Below the pieces are notes generated by a model. It had not been told where the DNA came from. It did not search any database and saw only the letters and a program-made list of their open reading frames with translations. DNA of 32,000 bases from Flavobacteriaceae bacterium (lineage in GTDB: Bacteria > Bacteroidota > Bacteroidia > Flavobacteriales > Flavobacteriaceae), in contig OZ245049.1 in NCBI GenBank assembly GCA_965224465.1, positions 4,080,001-4,112,000 on the forward strand. The letters run 5' to 3'. Positions 26,848 to 32,000 of the stretch are shown piece by piece. How positions within the stretch are numbered: position 1 is the first letter of the stretch; every line of letters begins with the position of its first letter. Position numbers and translations under genes: made by a program.

Positions 26848-27495
26848 ATGAAAAAAGTAATTTTTATATTAGCTGTTGTTGGACTTGCATTCACATCTTG
26901 TAAGGATAACGAGAAGAAATCAGAAGCTAAAAAAGAAGCAGAAGTAGAGAAAAAAGTTATTGAGAAAGCAGTAGCTTATAAAGGAGATTATGTTGTAGAC
27001 ATAAGTTCTTCAGAATTAAAATGGAAAGGTTTTAAACCTACGGGATCTCACCATGGATCTTTGAAGATTAAATCGGGAAGTTTTTCTTTGACTGATGGAA
27101 AAGTTGTTTCTGGGGATTTCTTGATGGACATGACAAGTATTGTAGTCTTAGATCTTCCTGCAGATGATCCATACAATGCAAAATTGATGGGGCACTTAAA
27201 ATCGGAAGAATTTTTTGGTGTTGAAGCTTATCCTACCGCACATTTTAAAATAACCAAGGTTGAGAAAAATACTGTTTCTGGAGATTTAACCATCAAAGGA
27301 CACACAGAAAATGTGACGTTTAAAGCGACTACTTCTGAAAATAACGGGGTCGTTACTTTTAAAAGTGAAACATTTAAAATTGATAGAACTGATTTTAAAA
27401 TCAAATACAAGTCAAAAAAGTTTTTTGAGAACTTAAAAGATAAATTTATCAACGATGAAATTGAAATTTCAATTGTTGTAAGTTCAGTAAAATAG
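26848..27495 (+). CDS. YceI-like domain lipoprotein
   Basis: Lipobox LAFTSC. SELKWKGFKPTGSHHGSLKIKSGSF...GHLKSEEFFGVEAYPTAHFKITKVE...GDLTIKGHTENVTF matches the YceI-like polyisoprenoid-binding fold signature. Confidence 0.8.
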   Translation: MKKVIFILAVVGLAFTSCKDNEKKSEAKKEAEVEKKVIEKAVAYKGDYVVDISSSELKWKGFKPTGSHHGSLKIKSGSFSLTDGKVVSGDFLMDMTSIVVLDLPADDPYNAKLMGHLKSEEFFGVEAYPTAHFKITKVEKNTVSGDLTIKGHTENVTFKATTSENNGVVTFKSETFKIDRTDFKIKYKSKKFFENLKDKFINDEIEISIVVSSVK

Positions 27496-27520
27496 ATTTT
27501 TTAAATAAAATATTAAAAAA

Positions 27521-27554
27521 GTCATCTCATTAATTTTGAGGTGACTTTTTTTTT
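27521..27554 (+). terminator. Intrinsic terminator after the YceI-like gene
   Basis: Stem GTCATCTCA (27521-27529) / TGAGGTGAC (27537-27545) has one G-U pair and a 7-nt loop, followed by T9. Confidence 0.75.
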
Positions 27555-27605
27555 GTTTATGAATGATAGTTTGCAGTTGGTAGTGGGCAGTGGGCGGTTG
27601 GCAGA

Positions 27606-27744
27606 GGTGGTTTGAAATGGAATTATTTTTTGTTTTAGCTAGGCGAAAAATGGAAGGATAGCCTTCGCTATCGTTCTATTTTTGAACAACGCTAAAACGT
27701 AAAATAAACTATTTGTATCAGTTATTTTGGATTGTAATTGGTGT
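27606..27744 (+). repeat. Intergenic element copy B (left TIR missing, replaced by a G-rich tract)
   Basis: GGTGGTTTGAAATGGAATTATTTTTTGTTTTAGCTAGGCGAAAAATGGAAGGATAGCCTTCGCT...GGATTGTAATTGGTGT. Nearly identical to copy C, with a 161-nt period. Confidence 0.85.
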
Positions 27745-27745
27745 T

Positions 27746-27904
27746 ACACCAAATACATTTCAAAGTGGTGGTTTGAAATGGAATTATTTTTTGTTTTAGC
27801 TAGGCGAGAAATGGAAGGATAGCCTTCGCTATCGTTCTATTTTTGAACAACGTTAAAACGTAAAATAAACTATTATATCAGTTATTTTGGATTGTAATTG
27901 GTGT
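27746..27904 (+). repeat. Intergenic element copy C (full, 159 bp), head-to-tail with copy B
   Basis: The left TIR ACACCAAATACATTTC and the reverse complement of the right end (ACACCAATTACAATCC) match at 13 of 16 positions. The last base overlaps the stop codon of the minus-strand Lrp/AsnC gene. Confidence 0.85.
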
Positions 27905-28362
27905 TATAGAGGGACTTTAATCTCGTTTTTGGCAGAACTCATTACGATATTGCTTCTTACATTTCCGACCGCTGATAATACTGATAATTTATTTTTTAAA
28001 AACAATTGGTAATGTTGGATGTCTGGAACTACTACTTTTAATAAGTAGTCGTAATTTCCAGCTACATGGTGGCATTCCAAAACTTCATCTAATTTAATAA
28101 TAGCATTTTCGAATTGGTTGATGAGGTTTTTTGAATGTACTTGTAAAGAAACTTGACAATAGACTGTCATTCCGTAGCCCAATTTTAGGTGATCTACCAA
28201 GGCTACATATTTTGTAATAATACCATTTCTTTCAAGTCGTTTAATACGTTCGTAAGTAGGTGTAACCGTGAGTCCTACACGCATGGAAATCTCCTTGGTA
28301 TTTGCTTTGCTGTTTTCTTGCAATAAGTTGACTATTTTTATATCGATAGTATCCAAATCCAT
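27904..28362 (-). CDS. Lrp/AsnC-family transcriptional regulator
   Basis: 152 aa. N-terminal HTH (LDTIDIKIVNLLQENSKANTKEISMRVGLTVTPTYERIKRLERNGII) and a C-terminal RAM/ligand domain. Confidence 0.9.
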   Translation of the reverse strand: MDLDTIDIKIVNLLQENSKANTKEISMRVGLTVTPTYERIKRLERNGIITKYVALVDHLKLGYGMTVYCQVSLQVHSKNLINQFENAIIKLDEVLECHHVAGNYDYLLKVVVPDIQHYQLFLKNKLSVLSAVGNVRSNIVMSSAKNEIKVPL

Positions 28363-28376
28363 TCTTTTAGATTTTT

Positions 28377-28394
28377 ATCCTATAATTATAGGAT
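28377..28394. promoter_or_regulatory. Perfect 18-bp palindrome in the Lrp / PLP-lyase divergent intergenic region (candidate operator)
   Basis: ATCCTATAATTATAGGAT is its own reverse complement and lies 15 nt upstream of the Lrp start codon. A tandem CTATATTA direct repeat follows at 28421-28428 and 28430-28437. Confidence 0.4.
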
Positions 28395-28524
28395 TATTAA
28401 GGTGCTCAAAGATAATAAAACTATATTAACTATATTAGTTAGATTGATTTTCTGTTATCTGTAATAAAACCAGTTTTTAAAATGGAATAATTATATATTT
28501 ACCTTGAATTTAATAAGTTATACC

Positions 28525-29742
28525 ATGGTAGATACAAAAGAAATGGCTTTAAAGCCAGCAAATAAAATTCAAGATATACAGTATTTTGGAGAGTTCGGAG
28601 GGGTAAATCCATCTATTTCAGATTCAGCTACATATACTTTTTTGGCGGCGAAAACAATGCTAGATACCTTTGAAGGGCATGCAGAGGGTTGTTATTTGTA
28701 TTCAAGACATACCAGTCCTAGTAATTTACATTTAGGAGATGCTTTGGCTGCTATGGAATATACGGAAACTGCCAATGTTGCATCTTCAGGAATGGGAGCT
28801 ATTACTTCGGTTATTTTGCAAATCTGTGGTGCAGGAGATCACATTGTTTCAAGTAGAACTATTTATGGTGGAACCTATGCTTTTGCAAAGAATTTTTTAC
28901 CAAAACTAAATATTACTACGTCGTTTGTAGATATTACAAACTTAGAAAAAATAGAAGCTGCGATCAACGAGAATACAAAAATGATCTACTGTGAAGGTAT
29001 AAGCAATCCATTATTAGAAATTGCAGACATTCCTGCATTGGCTAAGATGGCTAAGAAACATGGAATTCCCCTAGTTGTAGACAATACTTTTTCGCCCTTA
29101 ATTATCACTCCTCAAAAAATGGGAGCAGATATTACCATTCATAGTTTGACCAAATTTATTAATGGAACCAATGATACTGTTGGTGGCGTTGTATGTGGAA
29201 CACACGATTTTATCAATGCATTGAAAAGTGTAAACGATGGTGCTGCTATGTTGTTAGGTCCTGTAATGGATAGTTTAAGATCTGCCAGTATTCTTAAAAA
29301 CATGCGTACACTTCACATTCGTATGAAGCAACATAGTTACAATGCTAAATACTTAGCGGAACGTTTTGAGAATGATGGTTTAAAAGTGGTTTACCCTGGA
29401 TTGGAAAGTCATAAAGGACATGAGTTATTCAAGTCTATGTACAATTCTGAGTATGGTTTTGGAGGGATTATGACCGTTGAAGTTGGTGGCTTAGATAAAG
29501 CCAACGAGTTGATGGAACTTATGCAATCAGAAAACTTAGGATATTTAGCAGTGAGTTTAGGTTTCTATAAAACCCTCTTTAGTGCGCCAGGTACGAGTAC
29601 TTCTTCTGAAATCCCTGAAGATGAACAAGTAGAAATGGGATTGTCGGATGGTATTATTCGTTTTTCTATCGGATTGGATAATGATATTGAAAGAACCTAC
29701 CAACAAATGAAAAAATGCATGCAAACACTGAATGTCTTGTAA
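28525..29742 (+). CDS. Cys/Met-metabolism PLP-dependent enzyme (methionine gamma-lyase / O-acylhomoserine sulfhydrylase family)
   Basis: About 405 aa from the ATG at 28525 (the ORF is open from a TTG at 28504). GGVNPSISDSATYTF, SSGMGAI and HSLTKFINGTND (PLP lysine in SxTK) motifs. Confidence 0.8.
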   Translation: MVDTKEMALKPANKIQDIQYFGEFGGVNPSISDSATYTFLAAKTMLDTFEGHAEGCYLYSRHTSPSNLHLGDALAAMEYTETANVASSGMGAITSVILQICGAGDHIVSSRTIYGGTYAFAKNFLPKLNITTSFVDITNLEKIEAAINENTKMIYCEGISNPLLEIADIPALAKMAKKHGIPLVVDNTFSPLIITPQKMGADITIHSLTKFINGTNDTVGGVVCGTHDFINALKSVNDGAAMLLGPVMDSLRSASILKNMRTLHIRMKQHSYNAKYLAERFENDGLKVVYPGLESHKGHELFKSMYNSEYGFGGIMTVEVGGLDKANELMELMQSENLGYLAVSLGFYKTLFSAPGTSTSSEIPEDEQVEMGLSDGIIRFSIGLDNDIERTYQQMKKCMQTLNVL

Positions 29743-29750
29743 ATGGTGTA

Positions 29751-29911
29751 ACCCAAATACCTTTCCAAGTGAGGGTTTGGAAAGGGACTTGTTTTGTTGT
29801 TTTAGCTAGGCGAAAACCGGAAGGATAGCCTTCGCTGTCGTTCTGTTTTTTAACAACACTAGAACGTAAAATAAACTATCTATATCGGTTGTTTTGGAGC
29901 GTAATTTGTGT
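29751..29911 (+). repeat. Intergenic element copy D (full, 161 bp)
   Basis: ACCCAAATACCTTTCC...GTTTTAGCTAGGCGAAAACCGGAAGGATAGCCTTCGCTG...GAGCGTAATTTGTGT. Lies between the lyase stop codon and its terminator. Confidence 0.85.
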
Positions 29912-29912
29912 A

Positions 29913-29967
29913 ACACCAATTACCTTTCCAAGTGACAGTTTAGAAATGGAATTATTTGTTGTTTTGC
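29913..29967 (+). repeat. Truncated next unit of the element (left TIR + hairpin + T-rich segment), head-to-tail with copy D
   Basis: ACACCAATTACCTTTCCAAGTGACAGTTTAGAAATGGAATTATTTGTTGTTTTGC. Separated from copy D by a single A. Confidence 0.75.
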
Positions 29968-29979
29968 ATCCCCAATATT

Positions 29980-30007
29980 ACCACGGCTTTTACGTCGTGG
30001 TTTTTTT
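29980..30007 (+). terminator. Intrinsic terminator of the PLP-lyase transcript
   Basis: Stem ACCACGGC (29980-29987) / GTCGTGGT (29994-30001) has one G-U pair. 6-nt loop TTTTAC. A T7 run at 30001-30007 includes the closing T. Confidence 0.8.
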
Positions 30008-30169
30008 ATACCTATGTTTTATGTGGATGCGTTTAGATATTGATTATATTAAACATTTTAGATGAACTTGTATTAATTTCGTTACAAATAGTGACTATGT
30101 GGCTTATTTTAATTTATTTGCATAGCCTTTTTAAAAACCGTAAACTTACAAAAACTTAAATACAATTAT

Positions 30170-31657
30170 ATGGATCCAAAAATCGTTGAGAATAAAGAGT
30201 TAAATATTTGGGAAGCATTAATTCCTATTGTTTTTTTAGTAGGAATGTTGGCATTTAACGTGTTAGCTGTTTATGGAGATGATGCACTGAATGGGTCTAA
30301 CCAATTTGCCTTGCTTATTGGTGGAGCTGTTGCTGCTATTGTTGGGTTTTTTAATAAAGTTCCTTATCAGAAAATGATGGATGAAGTGGCAGATAACTTG
30401 AGGTCTACTACAGGAGCTATTTTAATTTTACTTTTTGTCGGTGCTTTGGCTGGAACCTGGCTAATTAGCGGGGTGATACCATCTATGATTTATTATGGAT
30501 TAAAAATTTTAAATCCAACGATATTTTTACCTGCAACCGTAATTATATGTGCTATAATTTCTATTGCTACGGGGAGTTCTTGGACTACTTCCGCAACTGT
30601 AGGGATTGCATTGATAGGGATAGGTAAAGCCTTAGGGATTCCTTTGGGGATGGTGGCAGGAGCGGTGCTCTCGGGTGCTTATTTTGGAGATAAAATGTCT
30701 CCTTTGTCCGATACTACAAATTTAGCTCCAGCCATGGCTGGGACAGATTTGTTTACTCATATTAGATATATGGTTTATACAACCGTACCTACTATTGTAG
30801 TGACCTTGATTGTGTTTGTTGTTATAGGACTTAATTTAGATATTACAGGAACTATTAATAACGAAGCTATTTTGGCATCTATTGATGAAGCTTTTAATAT
30901 CAATCCATGGTTGTTTTTGGTTCCTGCAGTAGTGATATTTTTGATTATTAAGAAAACAGAACCATTGGTAGCTCTATTGATAGGAACATTACTAGGAGGT
31001 GTTTTTGCTGTGATTTTTCAACCTGATATTGTATTGAAAGTTGCAGGAGCAGACACGATGACGTTTTCTTCGGCTTATAAAGGAATTATGAATGCCATTA
31101 CCATAGATACCGCTATCGAAACGAGCAATGCTGATTTAAACGATTTATTTGTAGCAGGAGGGATGAGTAAGATGATGAATACGATATGGTTAATTATCTG
31201 TGCCATGGTTTTTGGTGGCGTAATGGAGGCTATAGGTGCTTTGTCCAGAATTAGTAACTCCTTATTAAAAATGGCAGATTCTGTTTTTGGATTGTTTGCG
31301 AGTACAGTTGCCAGTTGTTTGGTGTTAAATGTAACGGCTTCAGATCAATATTTGGCAATTGTTATTCCTGGGAAAATGTTTCAAAAAGCGTATAAAGAAA
31401 AAGGATTGGCGCCAGAAAACCTAAGTAGAGCATTAGAAGATTCTGGTACCGTAACTTCTGTATTAGTGCCGTGGAATACCTGTGGAGCATACCAATCAGG
31501 AGTGTTAGGAGTATCTGTCTTTGACTATGCTTTGTATGCCGTTTTTAATTGGTTGAGTCCATTTATGACCTTGTTGTTTGCCGCATTTCATATTAAAATA
31601 AAAATGTTGGTAGATGATAAGAAAAAAGGAAAGAAACCTGTTCAACCAACGGATTAG
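30170..31657 (+). CDS. NhaC-family Na+/H+ antiporter-type transporter
   Basis: 495 aa with about 11-12 TM segments. GSSWTTSATVGIALIGIG, GAYFGDKMSPLSDTTNLA and GTVTSVLVPWNTCGAY are typical NhaC-family segments. Confidence 0.85.
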   Translation: MDPKIVENKELNIWEALIPIVFLVGMLAFNVLAVYGDDALNGSNQFALLIGGAVAAIVGFFNKVPYQKMMDEVADNLRSTTGAILILLFVGALAGTWLISGVIPSMIYYGLKILNPTIFLPATVIICAIISIATGSSWTTSATVGIALIGIGKALGIPLGMVAGAVLSGAYFGDKMSPLSDTTNLAPAMAGTDLFTHIRYMVYTTVPTIVVTLIVFVVIGLNLDITGTINNEAILASIDEAFNINPWLFLVPAVVIFLIIKKTEPLVALLIGTLLGGVFAVIFQPDIVLKVAGADTMTFSSAYKGIMNAITIDTAIETSNADLNDLFVAGGMSKMMNTIWLIICAMVFGGVMEAIGALSRISNSLLKMADSVFGLFASTVASCLVLNVTASDQYLAIVIPGKMFQKAYKEKGLAPENLSRALEDSGTVTSVLVPWNTCGAYQSGVLGVSVFDYALYAVFNWLSPFMTLLFAAFHIKIKMLVDDKKKGKKPVQPTD

Positions 31658-31849
31658 GTTTTAAATTAAGACATCCCCCATTGAAATATGTTTATAAGAC
31701 AGTTCAAGTACGATTTTTTTAAATTTAGTACGCTTATTTTTTAGTGCTATTTATGAAAAGATGGTTGCATTATTCAATCTCTAATAGTTTTGTCAAGAGT
31801 GGAACGTATACAGTTCATACATCTTGGTCTATAAAAGAAAAATAAAACT

Positions 31850-32000
31850 ATGAATTGTAAAAATTGTAATCAAAAATTAAAGGAAAAAGACTTGTTTTGT
31901 GTAAGCTGTGGAGGGAAAATAGTAACAGCTAGAGTGTCCGTTAAAAAATTATGGATCGAGTTTTCGACAACTGTTTTAGGCTGGGATAATAAGTATTTTT
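31850..32000 (+). CDS. 5' end of a zinc-ribbon protein (possibly DUF3667-like), running off the right window edge
   Basis: Hand translation gives MNCKNCNQKLKEKDLFCVSCGGKIVTARVSVKKLWIEFSTTVLGWDNKYF..., with a CxxC...CxxC pair. TAGTTTTG (31785-31792) upstream fits TAnnTTTG. Confidence 0.45.
   Translation, partial: MNCKNCNQKLKEKDLFCVSCGGKIVTARVSVKKLWIEFSTTVLGWDNKYF

Noticed and set aside
27571-27608. G-rich tract GCAGTTGGTAGTGGGCAGTGGGCGGTTGGCAGAGGTGG considered as a G-quadruplex motif
   Set aside because: It has only two GGG runs plus GG doublets and does not meet the usual four-run requirement. It is noted only as compositionally odd flanking sequence of element copy B. A related reverse-complement-like GTGGGCACTG occurs at about 23191-23200.
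27756-27792. The element's first hairpin plus downstream T-run considered as a reusable intrinsic terminator module
   Set aside because: The T-tract (ATTATTTTTT) begins 6 nt after the stem rather than immediately, and the stem is AT-rich. Independent, better terminators exist both before (27521-27554) and after (29980-30007) element copies. A terminator role cannot be supported from sequence alone.
27606-27904. Tandem 161-nt repeats considered as a possible CRISPR array
   Set aside because: The units are about 160 nt and directly abutting, with no unique spacers. There are no cas genes, and the same unit occurs singly at other loci. This is not CRISPR architecture.

Overview
Low-GC, Bacteroidota (Flavobacteriia-like) chromosomal segment; almost all genes are on the + strand. 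(1) 1-15.1 kb is a co-directional surface-polysaccharide (O-antigen/capsule) locus. Its very AT-rich 5' module holds a formyltransferase, a DegT-like protein, a FemAB-like GNAT, a deacetylase-like protein, a Wzy-like polymerase and a glycosyltransferase. A ~700-bp ORF-poor seam separates it from a 3' module: GT4, WbpD-like acetyltransferase, WbpB-like oxidoreductase, GT2, DegT aminotransferase, PglC/WcfS-like initiating sugar transferase and a CapD/WbpM/PglF-like dehydratase. A convergent Wzi-like outer-membrane protein closes the locus. (2) 17.0-21.3 kb is an aromatic amino-acid operon (pheA, aminotransferase, tyrA, DAHP synthase-chorismate mutase fusion). It is preceded by a candidate promoter, a 26-codon F/Y/W-rich leader ORF and an intrinsic terminator, i.e. 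an apparent leader-peptide attenuator. (3) rsgA and dtd follow. (4) A DUF3857/transglutaminase-like gene is split cleanly by a 1121-bp IS30-family element. (5) The remainder holds a YceI-like lipoprotein, an Lrp/AsnC regulator divergent from a Cys/Met-family PLP lyase, an NhaC-family transporter, and the start of a zinc-ribbon protein. The least expected signal is in the intergenic DNA between 20 and 30 kb. A ~160-bp element with 16-bp imperfect terminal inverted repeats and conserved internal hairpins occurs as 4 full and at least 5 partial copies, all in one orientation. It occurs head-to-tail in tandem, abuts stop codons, and is associated with a duplicated dtd 3' end. No rRNA, tRNA or CRISPR array, and no recognisable defence system, was seen.
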